DNA from: Rhodospirillaceae bacterium
GTDB lineage: Bacteria > Pseudomonadota > Alphaproteobacteria > MPNO01 > UBA2964
NCBI GenBank assembly: GCA_002720855.1
Contig: PBIN01000014.1
Location: 393,619 to 457,618 of the forward strand
DNA: 64,000 bases
Direction of reading: 5' to 3'
In this document: piece after piece, positions 1-10,510 of the stretch
Layout: each line of letters opens with the position of its first letter
Numbering within the stretch: position 1 is the stretch's first letter
Program-made: the position numbers and the translations under genes
Notes under the pieces: model-generated
Told to the model about the DNA's origin: nothing
What the model saw: the letters and a program-made list of their open reading frames with translations, nothing else
Databases searched by the model: none

Positions 1-426
1 GTCATGGCGCGCACCGACGACATTATCAATACCGCCGGGCACCGACTGTCGACGGGCGCCATGGAGGAGGTTCTTGCCGCCCATCCTGATGTCGCGGAGT
101 GCGCTGTTATCGGTGTCGCTGATGAATTAAAGGGCCAGGTACCGCTAGGGTTTTTAGTCTTGAATGCTGGTGTTAATCGACCGAATGGAGAAATAGTCGA
201 TGAGGTCGTGGTTATGGTGCGGGATAATATTGGTCCCGTAGCTTCCTTCAAAATCGCAACTGTGGTCCAACGGCTGCCAAAGACCCGATCAGGTAAAGTT
301 CTTCGCGGAACCATGCAGAAAATTGCCGACAGCGAACCTTATAATATGCCGGCAACTATTGATGACCCGGTAATTTTGGAAGAGATCACAGACGCGTTGA
401 AATCGATCGGATACGCCGAATCGTAA
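1..426 (+). CDS. prpE: Acyl-CoA synthetase (propionyl/acetyl-CoA ligase type), C-terminal part; truncated by window edge
   Basis: RTDDIINTAGHRLSTGAMEE and LPKTRSGK motifs of the AMP-binding C-terminal domain. Confidence 0.8.
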   Translation, partial: VMARTDDIINTAGHRLSTGAMEEVLAAHPDVAECAVIGVADELKGQVPLGFLVLNAGVNRPNGEIVDEVVVMVRDNIGPVASFKIATVVQRLPKTRSGKVLRGTMQKIADSEPYNMPATIDDPVILEEITDALKSIGYAES

Positions 427-428
427 TT

Positions 429-713
429 TCAGAGAAGAATAGAAGCAGAGTCGATATGCTGGAGTCGGAGCATATCCGCCTGATGGTATGCTTTGGTGGC
501 CTTCGCCGCTGATACCGGCGTTTTGTCATTCATTTCTATGCTTCCGACTATTGACCAATCACCACCATGGTAAGCGCTGTCGAGGGTGGCAGGAGCAGTG
601 GCAGGAACCGGTTGAACCTCAAACCTTCCTTCTTCGATTCTAGGCTTGTTTGAGTTCTCTAATTTAGCCGTGATCTCGCTCTGGACACTATAAGGTGTTG
701 TGATAACTCTCAA
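429..713 (-). CDS. Hypothetical 94-aa protein
   Basis: Fills the intergenic gap; TTG start 6 nt after GGAAAGG SD; TTGACA (767-762, minus) upstream. Confidence 0.55.
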   Translation of the reverse strand: MRVITTPYSVQSEITAKLENSNKPRIEEGRFEVQPVPATAPATLDSAYHGGDWSIVGSIEMNDKTPVSAAKATKAYHQADMLRLQHIDSASILL

Positions 714-775
714 AAGGCACCTTTCCTATGGGAGTTTAAATATTTATAGCATTTACATAAATGTCAATAAAAAAA

Positions 776-838
776 TAATTTTCTATTTATTTTTATTAAC
801 CGTAATTAATATTAACTATAAAAATAAATAGAAAATTA
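776..838. repeat. Perfect 21-bp inverted repeat with 21-bp spacer in an AT-rich island
   Basis: TAATTTTCTATTTATTTTTAT (776-796) is the exact reverse complement of ATAAAAATAAATAGAAAATTA (818-838). Confidence 0.9.
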
Positions 839-1030
839 AATATATAGTAATATTATTTATTAGGTATTTCGCCAATTATATTTCTTTTGGTTTATGTTTT
901 TTAATTTTTTATTTTAATATTTTAGAAATACCTCGTCAGCTATCCTAGCCCTGAAAGTCATCAGTGGATGACTCTTAGAAGTAGAAGCGGATCTCCATGT
1001 AGGAGATCGAACGAATGCAGGAAGCATGAC

Positions 1031-2761
1031 ATGAGCGACGCATCTACAGAATTAGAACGTCTCCGGGCAGCCATCGCTGCATCCGGCGATGTTGTCTATG
1101 ACTGGGATTTGCCGTCAGACGAGTTCTCGTGGCTCGGTCGTGCCGTTGATTCATTCAATATTTCCGGGCTCCATCAAATTTCGACGGGTGAGCTATTTCA
1201 TCAGCGTTTGCATCCGGAAGACCTTACTTTTCATTTGGAACAAATCTCTTCTCTTTATCAGGGCGGCACGGAATTTGAATGCGAGTTTCGGGTTCGTGAT
1301 TGCAATGGCGAACAACGGTGGTTTCATGATCGCGGCATTGCGGAAATGGGCCCGGACGGAAAGCCGGTTCGATTGCGCGGCACTATGCGGGCCATCAACC
1401 AGCGCAAGGACGAACATGAAAGAACGCAATATCTGGCGAACTATGATGAGTTGACCGGTCACTATAACAGGACGCGGTTGCGAGAGTCGCTTGATCAGGC
1501 CTTGTACTATGGTTCCCGATACAAAGTAGTGGGTGCCTTTCTCGTTATTGGCATCGATAACATCAATATGGTGAACCAGGCTTTCGGCTATGAAGTGGCG
1601 GATGCTGTGATCGTTGCGTTGGGTCACCGTTTGGATCGTTGCCTCCGGGCCTGTGACGTTATTGGCCGGATGGGAGGAGACCGCTTCGGTGTGGTTCTCA
1701 GTAACTGTCCGAGTTCAGAACTTCATGTCGCCGCGGAAAAAATCCTTGAAGCAGCGCGAGACACCGAGGTTGATACACCGGCCGGCCCAATCCATGTCAC
1801 AGTATCCATCGGTGCCGCCTGTTTCCCGGACTCTGCGATGACTGCCACTGATGCGATGACCAAGGCTGATATCGCTTTGCAGAATGCCAAACGAGCCGGG
1901 CGCAACACCTGGTCCGTCTATTGTTATTCGGAGGAACAGCGCGAAGGTCACCGAAAGAACATGGTTATTGCGGAACAGGTCAAACAGGCTCTTCGCGAAG
2001 ACCGTCTTGTACTTTCCTATAAACCCATCGTTAGCACGGAGTCGCATGAACCGGTGGTCCATGAATGTCTGCTCCGGATGATCCAACCCGATGGAGAAAT
2101 CGTTGCTGCTGGTGTCTTTATGCCGGTTGTGGAGGAACTCGGACTCGTTCGGTTGATTGACCGCAGGGTTTTGGACCTCGCAGTAAAAGTGATGGCAGAA
2201 AATCCAGCCGCCCGTCTCGCTATCAACGTTTCTGGGCTGACCGCTGGTGACAAGGCCTGGCTGCGTCATATCGTTGGTTTGCTCCGGAATGAGCGTGACA
2301 TTGCTGAGCGGCTTATTGTTGAAATTACCGAGACGGCGGGTCTTGAAGATGTTGAAGAATGCGCCCGGTTTGTCTCAACACTCCGCAAATTGGGTTGTAA
2401 GGTTGCCCTCGATGACTTTGGCGCAGGCTACACTTCATTCCGGCATCTCAAAATTTTATCGGTCGACATGGTCAAAATCGATGGCTCATTTGTCCGGGAC
2501 TTAGTCCAAAACCCTGCTAATTTAATCTTTATACGATCACTTTTGGATCTCGCGCGGAACTTCAATCTTGAAACGGTTGCCGAATGTGTAGAAACCATGG
2601 AACAGGCTCAGATGCTCAAGGAGGAGGGCGTAAAGCTGTTGCAAGGATGGGCCTTTGGAAAGCCTGAGCTGGAACTTCCGTGGAATGGGGACGAAGATAA
2701 AGTGCCTGAACCAGAACCACTCCAAATCGAGCATCAGCCGGTCCGGCTTATCGCCGGGTAA
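1031..2761 (+). CDS. PAS-GGDEF-EAL c-di-GMP signalling protein (likely phosphodiesterase)
   Basis: PAS/PAC (YDWD, EFRVR..G..RW), YDELTG, degenerate GGDRF, ECLLR, DDFGAG, KIDGSF, AECVET, LQGW; start placed at ATG 1031. Confidence 0.88.
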   Translation: MSDASTELERLRAAIAASGDVVYDWDLPSDEFSWLGRAVDSFNISGLHQISTGELFHQRLHPEDLTFHLEQISSLYQGGTEFECEFRVRDCNGEQRWFHDRGIAEMGPDGKPVRLRGTMRAINQRKDEHERTQYLANYDELTGHYNRTRLRESLDQALYYGSRYKVVGAFLVIGIDNINMVNQAFGYEVADAVIVALGHRLDRCLRACDVIGRMGGDRFGVVLSNCPSSELHVAAEKILEAARDTEVDTPAGPIHVTVSIGAACFPDSAMTATDAMTKADIALQNAKRAGRNTWSVYCYSEEQREGHRKNMVIAEQVKQALREDRLVLSYKPIVSTESHEPVVHECLLRMIQPDGEIVAAGVFMPVVEELGLVRLIDRRVLDLAVKVMAENPAARLAINVSGLTAGDKAWLRHIVGLLRNERDIAERLIVEITETAGLEDVEECARFVSTLRKLGCKVALDDFGAGYTSFRHLKILSVDMVKIDGSFVRDLVQNPANLIFIRSLLDLARNFNLETVAECVETMEQAQMLKEEGVKLLQGWAFGKPELELPWNGDEDKVPEPEPLQIEHQPVRLIAG

Positions 2762-2856
2762 CCTTTCTACGAAAATTTCAGAGACCCCATGGCCTGTTGC
2801 GGTTGCCTTCGTTATAAGGTGATCCATATTTCTTGTAGAGGAAACAGGCACTTCCC

Positions 2857-4032
2857 ATGGACGATATTGTAATTGCGAGTGCAGCGCGGACCCCGGTTGG
2901 CACATTTAACGGTGCGTTTGCCGATGTATCTGCATCCGAGCTTGGTACCGTTGCAATTTCGGCGGCTCTTGAACGCGCTGGCGTTGCGCCGGAAGAGGTA
3001 TCCGAAGTTATCATGGGTCAGATATTAACCGCCGGTGCAGGACAAAATCCCGCGCGTCAGGCTGCTATCGGGGCGGATTTGCCCGTTGAAGTACCGGCTT
3101 ATGGCGTGAATCAGCTCTGCGGATCAGGTCTTAAAACAGTGGCACTGGGCTTTCAGGCGATAAGGAGCGGTGACGCCTCTGTCGTTGTCGCCGGGGGTCA
3201 AGAAAGCATGACACAGGCACCCCACTGCATGCATTTACGCGGCGGCAAAAAAATGGGCGATGCAGAGATGGTCGATACCATGATCCGCGATGGGCTTTGG
3301 GATGCCTTCAATGGCTACCATATGGGTTGCACGGCCGAGAATATTGCAAATCAGTGGCAAATCAGCCGCGAGCAGCAAGACGCTTTTGCGGCGCAGTCGC
3401 AGCAGCGCGCCGAGGCGGCACAGGCCGATGGCAGGTTTAAGGACGAAATCACTCCTGTGACAATTAAGACCCGTAAAGGTGAAACAGTCATTGATCAGGA
3501 CGAATATCCCCGCGCAGGTGTAACGGCAGAGTCGCTTGCGGGACTGCGGCCGGCATTTGCCAAAGATGGTACTGTTACGGCTGGCAACGCGTCAGGAATC
3601 AATGATGGCGCTGCCGCGCTGGTTCTCATGACGGCCGATGAGGCAAAGGGGCGTGGTATCGAACCGCGATCTCGGATTGTCTCTTGGGCGCAAGCCGGTG
3701 TAGACCCTGCAATCATGGGAACGGGACCCATCCCCGCTAGTCGTGCTGCATTGGATAAGGCGGGCTGGACAGTTGATGATCTCGACCTCATCGAGGCGAA
3801 TGAAGCTTTTGCAGCGCAATCTCTCGCCGTGGGCAAAGACCTCGGTTGGGACGAAGAAAAGCTAAACGTCAATGGCGGGGCGATTGCCATCGGCCATCCT
3901 GTCGGGGCTTCAGGCGCTCGCGTTTTAACAACCCTACTCTACGAAATGGAAAAGCGTGACGCTGCAAAAGGTCTCGCAACACTTTGCATCGGTGGCGGCA
4001 TGGGAATCGCCATGTGTGTTGCCCGCGACTGA
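2857..4032 (+). CDS. phaA: Acetyl-CoA C-acetyltransferase (biosynthetic thiolase)
   Basis: [25 protein letters not shown] thiolase motifs. Confidence 0.92.
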   Translation: MDDIVIASAARTPVGTFNGAFADVSASELGTVAISAALERAGVAPEEVSEVIMGQILTAGAGQNPARQAAIGADLPVEVPAYGVNQLCGSGLKTVALGFQAIRSGDASVVVAGGQESMTQAPHCMHLRGGKKMGDAEMVDTMIRDGLWDAFNGYHMGCTAENIANQWQISREQQDAFAAQSQQRAEAAQADGRFKDEITPVTIKTRKGETVIDQDEYPRAGVTAESLAGLRPAFAKDGTVTAGNASGINDGAAALVLMTADEAKGRGIEPRSRIVSWAQAGVDPAIMGTGPIPASRAALDKAGWTVDDLDLIEANEAFAAQSLAVGKDLGWDEEKLNVNGGAIAIGHPVGASGARVLTTLLYEMEKRDAAKGLATLCIGGGMGIAMCVARD

Positions 4033-4058
4033 GCCGGTGCCGATTTCTGAAACTTTGG

Positions 4059-4829
4059 TCAGAAATTATCTTTTCGGGTACGAACTTCGCTGAACACTTC
4101 AAGCGGGCTACCGGATGGCAGGCCAACCGCTTCTGCAACAGATGAAACATCCGCCCTGAGAAACGGGTTGGTTTCCTTTTCGAGACCTAAGAGTGAAGGT
4201 ACCGTCCGTTTGTTCTCGGCGCGCAAGGCGTCGATCTCGGCGGCCCGGTCAATAAGCGCCTGATTCTCGGTCTCGATAGTAATGGCGAATTTCGCATTGG
4301 CTTGAGTATATTCGTGGGCACAATAAACCATCGTATCATCCGGTAGGGCACGAAGCTTTCCGAGTGAATCCCACATCTGCTCAAAAGTTCCTTCGAATAC
4401 CCGGCCGCAACCGAGGGCGAAAAGCGTGTCGCCGCAGAACAACGCTTTACTTTCTTCAAACCAGTAGGCGATGTGACCCCGCGTATGTCCCGGCGTGTCA
4501 TAGACTCTGGCAACGGCATCGCCAAAGGCGTATGTGTCGCCATCGCCGACATCGATATCTATTCCCGCGATCCGGTCGTGATCTGCAAGCGGGCCCACTA
4601 CGACACAGCCGTATTTTTCTTTGATTTCCAGATTGCCGCCCGTGTGGTCATTGTGATGGTGTGTATTGATTATATGTGTTGGCTCCCAACCGAGCCGATC
4701 AAGTGCTTCCAATACAGGTTCGGCATCCGACGGGTCGATGACTCCGACTTTTCCTTGTCCGGATTCCTTGATGAGATACACATAGTTATCAGTGCGTGTT
4801 GCGATTTGTTCGATTTCGAGCGTAGACAT
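4059..4829 (-). CDS. gloB: Hydroxyacylglutathione hydrolase (glyoxalase II)
   Basis: THHHNDH, TPGHT, GDTLF, CAHEYT, ETNPFLR, KDNF terminus. Confidence 0.95.
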   Translation of the reverse strand: MSTLEIEQIATRTDNYVYLIKESGQGKVGVIDPSDAEPVLEALDRLGWEPTHIINTHHHNDHTGGNLEIKEKYGCVVVGPLADHDRIAGIDIDVGDGDTYAFGDAVARVYDTPGHTRGHIAYWFEESKALFCGDTLFALGCGRVFEGTFEQMWDSLGKLRALPDDTMVYCAHEYTQANAKFAITIETENQALIDRAAEIDALRAENKRTVPSLLGLEKETNPFLRADVSSVAEAVGLPSGSPLEVFSEVRTRKDNF

Positions 4830-4940
4830 TGCGTGTTTCCTCTGCTTGCAGCGTCAATTCCTCTGCAACCTAGCAAAGCGATAGGCACGCGCCAACTGCA
4901 CGCTTCACTATTCGGCGGATTGCTGTGATAAGTTGGTATC

Positions 4941-5690
4941 ATGTGGAATGACGTTGTCGATTTACGCGATTTTTACCGGAGCAATCTGGGGCCTAATGCC
5001 GAATCGCTTATTGGACAGCGTATTCGGCAAATTTGGGACAATACCTCCCAGCAGCGCATCTTGGGGTTAGGCTATGCCACACCCTACTTGTCGCTATTTG
5101 AAGAGGAATCTGAACGCGTAATCGCGGCGATGCCGGCTCGTCAGGGTGTGTTGCATTGGCCAGTGGAAGGGACTGGAAAAGTCACTCTTTGCGAAGAAGC
5201 AGAAATTCCATTGCCTGATGTTTCGGTTGACCGGGTGCTTATGGTCCATGCCCTGGAATGTAGCGAACAATTAAGGCCAATGTTACGTGAGGTGTGGCGC
5301 GTGCTTGCAGATGGCGGCCGTCTCATAGCGGTCGTGCCGAACCGGCGTGGGATTTGGGCACGCATGGACCGGACACCATTTGGACACGGATACCCCTATA
5401 CGCCAGCGCAGCTTAATCGGCTGTTGCGCGATACACTGTTTACGCCAATCCAGACAGAAAGAGCACTCTACATGCCGCCCTCCCAATCCCGTGTGATGCT
5501 GGCGTCTTCGCGCGCATGGGAAGAAGTCGGATCAAGATTATTTCCGACATTCTCCGGAGTTTTGATTGTCGAAGCCGGCAAGCAGATTTACGCCGCGAGT
5601 GCTGATTCAGCGAAAGCCCCCAGGCGACGCCGTTATACTGCGCCGGTCCCTGGAGCGCATCGATCAAATCAGGAAACTACTCCCGGCTAA
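4941..5690 (+). CDS. Class I SAM-dependent methyltransferase (YafS-like)
   Basis: LGLGYATP, LPDVSVD, LREVWRVL; usual divergent partner of gloB. Confidence 0.85.
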   Translation: MWNDVVDLRDFYRSNLGPNAESLIGQRIRQIWDNTSQQRILGLGYATPYLSLFEEESERVIAAMPARQGVLHWPVEGTGKVTLCEEAEIPLPDVSVDRVLMVHALECSEQLRPMLREVWRVLADGGRLIAVVPNRRGIWARMDRTPFGHGYPYTPAQLNRLLRDTLFTPIQTERALYMPPSQSRVMLASSRAWEEVGSRLFPTFSGVLIVEAGKQIYAASADSAKAPRRRRYTAPVPGAHRSNQETTPG

Positions 5691-6303
5691 GCAGGAAGAT
5701 CGCCTGTTCACCTTTAAGGTTGGCGATCCGGCTCCCCGTTTTGATTTGTCGCACGCGATTGTGGCGATCAATGGATAGGCCGTTTTCGATTGTGAGTCCC
5801 AAAGTCTCGCAGAGATCGACGAAATCGAGGACTGTACAAAGATGAATGTCGGGGCTGTCGTGCCAGCCGAATTTGTTGCCGGCGGGTACGGGAACCCGGC
5901 CATTGACCAATAATGAAAGTCTCGTCCGCCAATGTCCAAAATTGACGAAAGAAACCACCGCATGTTGCCCTATACGGACTAATGTTTCCAAAACGTCCTT
6001 TGGGTTTCGTGTTGCCTGCAAGGTCTGGCCAAGGACGACATAGTCGAATGCGTTGGTAGGGTAATCCGCGAGATCAGTATCCGCGTCGCCCTGGATAACC
6101 GAGAGACCAAGCGCAACGCATGCGTTCACGCCTTCCTGGCTCAACTCGATACCGCGTGCATCAACATTTTTTTCCTCGGCCAAATATGCGAGCAACGCGC
6201 CGTCGCCACAGCCAACGTCCAACACACGGCTGTCTGGCGTGATCATGTCGCTAATGAGCTGTTGGTCTGGCCTTAGCGGTCCGGCTGCAGGAAGCGGATT
6301 CAT
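5677..6303 (-). CDS. metW: Methionine biosynthesis protein MetW
   Basis: [21 protein letters not shown]; directly downstream of metX. Confidence 0.92.
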   Translation of the reverse strand: MNPLPAAGPLRPDQQLISDMITPDSRVLDVGCGDGALLAYLAEEKNVDARGIELSQEGVNACVALGLSVIQGDADTDLADYPTNAFDYVVLGQTLQATRNPKDVLETLVRIGQHAVVSFVNFGHWRTRLSLLVNGRVPVPAGNKFGWHDSPDIHLCTVLDFVDLCETLGLTIENGLSIDRHNRVRQIKTGSRIANLKGEQAIFLLSRE

Positions 6304-7469
6304 ATCGAAATCCCGCTATTTCGGACAGCGCCGTCGAGAAAGCCGGACAGGGTTTTGTGAAGAACCGGTTCATCGAGCAAAAAGGCGTCATGGCCTTTAT
6401 CAGTTTGCACTTCCAGAAAACTCACATTCGCAGCAACAGCGTTGAGCGCGTGAACAACGGTACGGCTTTCAATGGTCGGATAGAGCCAGTCACTGGAAAA
6501 AGAAACCACACAAAAGCGAACATTTGTGTCTCGAAAGGCATCAGCCAAAACACCATTATGCTCGGCGGCCATATCGAAATAATCCATAGCACGCGTGATG
6601 TAGAGATAGGAGTTTGCGTCGAACCGTTCAACAAAGGTGCTTCCCTGATGCCGCAAATAGGATTCAACTTCAAAATCGGCATCAAATCCGTAAGAAATTT
6701 TTTCCCGCTCCTGCAGGCGTCGACCAAACTTGCGATGCAAGGCCGTTTCAGACAAATAGGTTATGTGCGCTTCCATACGGGCTACAGCGAGGCCCCGGCG
6801 GGGCCGTTTATTTTCTGTGATGTAATTGCCCTGGCACCAATCCGGATCCGCCATAATTGCCTGACGGCCAACTTCGTGAAAAGCAATGTTTTGTGCGGAA
6901 TGCCTCGGCGCACCCGCAATCGGCACTGCCGAATAAAGACTGTCACCGTATTTGGACGCCCACTCTAGGACCTGCATGGCGCCCATCGATCCACCAATGA
7001 CGCAGAATAGCTTTTCAATTCCGAGGTGGTCGATCAGCATCTTTTGGGCCCGCACTATGTCTCCGATTGTGATGACTGGGAATTCGGGGCCATATGGCTC
7101 GCCAGTTTTGGGGTCAATGGAACTGGGGCCGGTAGTTCCCATGCAGCCACCAAGAACATTTGAACAAATTACAAAATATCGGTCTGTGTCGATTACCTGG
7201 CCGGGGCCAATCATCAGATCCCACCAACCGTCTTTTTGGGTGACAGGATGTTTTTCTGCGGGGTATTGATCGCCTGTCAGAGCGTGGCAAACCAGAATGG
7301 CATTTGATTTGTCAGCATTGAGATTGCCATAAGTTTGGTATGCGATCATGAAAGGACCAAGTTCAGCGCCGGAATCAAGGCGCAAAGGCCCGTCGGTTCC
7401 CAGTTCAACCTGGTAACCGGGCAATTCTCCATTTGCAATCAGGCTCATCGATTGGGTCGAATCTGCCAT
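6300..7469 (-). CDS. metX: Homoserine O-acyltransferase
   Basis: CHALTG, SNVLGGC, GGSMG nucleophile, GHDAFL. Confidence 0.95.
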   Translation of the reverse strand: MADSTQSMSLIANGELPGYQVELGTDGPLRLDSGAELGPFMIAYQTYGNLNADKSNAILVCHALTGDQYPAEKHPVTQKDGWWDLMIGPGQVIDTDRYFVICSNVLGGCMGTTGPSSIDPKTGEPYGPEFPVITIGDIVRAQKMLIDHLGIEKLFCVIGGSMGAMQVLEWASKYGDSLYSAVPIAGAPRHSAQNIAFHEVGRQAIMADPDWCQGNYITENKRPRRGLAVARMEAHITYLSETALHRKFGRRLQEREKISYGFDADFEVESYLRHQGSTFVERFDANSYLYITRAMDYFDMAAEHNGVLADAFRDTNVRFCVVSFSSDWLYPTIESRTVVHALNAVAANVSFLEVQTDKGHDAFLLDEPVLHKTLSGFLDGAVRNSGISI

Positions 7470-7632
7470 TTCAACATTGGTTCCTGATGACTACTGCCAA
7501 AATTTCCATGATAGCTATGTCGAAGTGGGAAAATTATCAATGTTTTCTTTGCTTTTGGTTGTGGCCTTGGCGCGCTATAAACGCGCGGCTCAGCCCTGTA
7601 TCGGGGGTAGATTATAGAATTTTGAGGCTTTT

Positions 7633-8496
7633 ATGAGCACGGACAGCAACAATTTGGACGACCTCCGAAGCGAGATCGATACCATTGATGAAGCGCTGCA
7701 TGATTTGATCATGCGGCGAGCCGAAGTTGTCGCGCGCATAAAGGATGCCAAGGCAGATGAAAGCGGCAGCGTCTTTCGTCCAGGCCGGGAAGCAGAGGTT
7801 CTGCGCCGACTGGTCGATCGTCATAGCGGTCCTTTAGCCTCTGCGGTAATCGTGCGGGTTTGGCGAGAGCTCATGTCCGCCTTTGTCGCTATGCAAGGTG
7901 AGTTTTCGATTGCCGTTTGGGATGGTGAAGATCCGGCCTACTGGGATATCGCCCGCGATCAATTCGGATCACAGACACCATTATCCAGGCATGCGACGAC
8001 ACGCGGTGTTCTGCAGGCGGTTGCCGACGGTGCGGCGACGGCAGGCGTTTTGCCCATGCCGCAGATTGATGAAGCTGATCCCTGGTGGCCCTTGCTCGGC
8101 AGTGAAGTGGGCGGTCGGCAAGTGCGTATTTGTGCGCGATTACCGTTTGTAACAGGAGGAAACAGACGCGGTGCACCCGCGGAAGCCCTACTGGTTGCGG
8201 ATATGGCGCCAGTAGAAACGGGGGAAGATCGAAGTTTTCTTATAGTAGAATGTGAAGAGCCGATCAGCCGTTCACGATTAACCGGCTCGTTATCTACTGC
8301 CGGCTTGCCGCCGTCAGCTCTGGTTACCCTCCCCAAATCCGGCGTGACGGCGGGACGTGAGATTTTTTTGATTGAAGTCGAGGGCTTTGTGGCAACCGAA
8401 GATGATCGTGTGACCAAGTTTCTTGAAGACAATACCGATTTCTCAATCGCACGGGCCGTCGGCAGTTATGCCGTACCTTTGACCGCAGAGACATAA
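7633..8496 (+). CDS. Chorismate mutase (AroQ) with C-terminal degenerate PDT/ACT-like region
   Basis: LRSEIDTID..L..RR, RPGREAE; precedes hisC-tyrC. Confidence 0.85.
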   Translation: MSTDSNNLDDLRSEIDTIDEALHDLIMRRAEVVARIKDAKADESGSVFRPGREAEVLRRLVDRHSGPLASAVIVRVWRELMSAFVAMQGEFSIAVWDGEDPAYWDIARDQFGSQTPLSRHATTRGVLQAVADGAATAGVLPMPQIDEADPWWPLLGSEVGGRQVRICARLPFVTGGNRRGAPAEALLVADMAPVETGEDRSFLIVECEEPISRSRLTGSLSTAGLPPSALVTLPKSGVTAGREIFLIEVEGFVATEDDRVTKFLEDNTDFSIARAVGSYAVPLTAET

Positions 8497-8497
8497 G

Positions 8498-9583
8498 ATG
8501 CTCACCCCCCGTCCTGGTATAATGGAGTTAGCACCCTATGTTCCGGGAAAATCCTCGGTGGATGGGCAAATGGCTGCAATGAAACTTTCCGCAAATGAAA
8601 GTGCATTGGGGCCGAGCCCGGCGGCGATGGCGGCTTTTCGTGACTCAGTGGGTTCCCTAAAGATTTATCCAGATGGTAATTCCGTGGAATTGCGGGATGC
8701 CATTGGTTTGGCAAACGGTTTGAACCCTGATCGTATCGTCTGCGGCGCAGGCTCCGATGAGCTCTTGTATAACCTGGCACGTGGCTATGCGGGCCCAGGC
8801 GATGAGATTTTGTTGGGAGAGCACGGATTCAATGTGTATCCCATAGTTGCCCACTGCGTCGGTGCGACGCCGATCAAGGTGCCGGAAACAAACTTGACTT
8901 TCGATGTTGACGCAACTTTGGCGCGGGTTACCGAAAAGACGCGAATTGTTTTTATCGCCAATCCGAATAACCCAACGGGCTCCTATATTCCTGCTGACGA
9001 ACTGGCACGACTTCGGGCTGGGCTGCGCGAAGACATATTATTGGTAATCGATTGTGCCTATGCAGAGTTTGTAACACGAAATGACTACGATATGGGATTA
9101 AGCCTCGTGGATGCTGCGGAGAACACCGTTGTTACGCGCACATTCTCAAAAATTTATGCATTGGCGGCGCTGCGTATTGGTTGGGCGTACTGCCCACCTT
9201 CTATTGCAGATGTGCTCAACAGGCTGCGCGGCCCGTTTAATCTATCTACGGCAGCTCAAGCAGCCGGCAAGGCGGCTGTCCAGGATAGGGAACATCTTGC
9301 AGCAGCGCGTGATCACAATGCGGTTTGGTTGCCGTGGCTACATGATCGTTTGACGGATTGCGGGCTGACGGTATTCCCGAGTGCAGCTAATTTTCTATTG
9401 GTGCGGTTTCGCGATGACGCGTCACATAATTCGCAGGCAGCGATGGCGTACTATGGGTCGAAAGGAATAATTCCACGCGAAACGGGTGGATACGGATTGC
9501 CCGACTGCCTTCGGGTGACTATCGGCCGGGAAAATGAAATGCGGGCGTTTACCGATGCCACAAAAGAATTTATGGCGACGTAG
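8498..9583 (+). CDS. hisC: Histidinol-phosphate aminotransferase
   Basis: KLSANES, ANPNNPTG, RTFSKIY..LRIGW. Confidence 0.95.
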   Translation: MLTPRPGIMELAPYVPGKSSVDGQMAAMKLSANESALGPSPAAMAAFRDSVGSLKIYPDGNSVELRDAIGLANGLNPDRIVCGAGSDELLYNLARGYAGPGDEILLGEHGFNVYPIVAHCVGATPIKVPETNLTFDVDATLARVTEKTRIVFIANPNNPTGSYIPADELARLRAGLREDILLVIDCAYAEFVTRNDYDMGLSLVDAAENTVVTRTFSKIYALAALRIGWAYCPPSIADVLNRLRGPFNLSTAAQAAGKAAVQDREHLAAARDHNAVWLPWLHDRLTDCGLTVFPSAANFLLVRFRDDASHNSQAAMAYYGSKGIIPRETGGYGLPDCLRVTIGRENEMRAFTDATKEFMAT

Positions 9584-9589
9584 GGAATT

Positions 9590-10510
9590 ATGGCGGATAT
9601 CTTGTTTAATAAAATTGCCTTTATTGGCATCGGGCTGATTGGTTCGTCCCTTGCGCGCGTAATTCGTCGTGATGGATTGGCGGATACTATTGTCGCCTGC
9701 GCGCGGACGGAACAAACCCGAAAAACGGCACTCGAACTTGATCTCGCTGATCACGTTACAGCGGATGTTGGCGAGGCGGTCACCGATGCCGATCTGGTCG
9801 TTATCTGTACACCTATAGGAGCCTACGGCGCTATTGCGGAAGCGATGTCAGCCTCGCTGAAACCAGGAGCCATCATATGCGATGTCGGATCGGTGAAACG
9901 GGCGGTGATTGATGCTGTTACACCCCATATCCCTGAAGGCGTGCATTTTGTTCCCTGCCATCCAATCGCCGGTACCGAAAATTCGGGACCCGAATCTGGC
10001 TTTGATACATTGTTTGAAGATCGATGGATGATCATAACCCCGGTCGCTGGGTCAAACGAAGAAGCGATTGAAAAGGTTGCTGATTTGTGGTGCCGAACGG
10101 GTAGTAAGATTGAACGAATGGATCCCGATCATCACGATCAGGTGTTGGCGATAACATCGCATGTCCCACACCTCATTGCATACACAATCGTTGGAACGGC
10201 AACTGACCTCGAAGATCGTTTGAAATCCGAGGTTGTAAAATTTGCTGCCAGCGGATTTCGCGATTTCACGCGTATCGCCGCATCCGACCCGGTAATGTGG
10301 CGGGATATTTTTCTCAATAACAAGGACGCTGTATTGGAGATGCTGGGGCGTTTGTCTGAAGATTTGAGCGGGCTCCAGAGGGCTATTCGGGACGGAGATG
10401 GCGATGGCCTTGAGGCATTATTCGCGCGGACGCGCGAAATTCGCCGCAGCGTGATTGAAGCGGGTCAGCACATACCGCCTAAACCCCCCGGTGATGATAT
10501 AAATGATTAG
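9590..10510 (+). CDS. tyrC: Prephenate/cyclohexadienyl dehydrogenase
   Basis: GIGLIGSS, DVGSVK, HPIAGTE, SHVPH, GFRDFTRIA. Confidence 0.93.
   Translation: MADILFNKIAFIGIGLIGSSLARVIRRDGLADTIVACARTEQTRKTALELDLADHVTADVGEAVTDADLVVICTPIGAYGAIAEAMSASLKPGAIICDVGSVKRAVIDAVTPHIPEGVHFVPCHPIAGTENSGPESGFDTLFEDRWMIITPVAGSNEEAIEKVADLWCRTGSKIERMDPDHHDQVLAITSHVPHLIAYTIVGTATDLEDRLKSEVVKFAASGFRDFTRIAASDPVMWRDIFLNNKDAVLEMLGRLSEDLSGLQRAIRDGDGDGLEALFARTREIRRSVIEAGQHIPPKPPGDDIND

Noticed and set aside
7470..7632. SAM-II riboswitch upstream of metX
   Set aside because: The conserved SAM-II words (GATTTG...GCTAAA) are not found on the minus strand.
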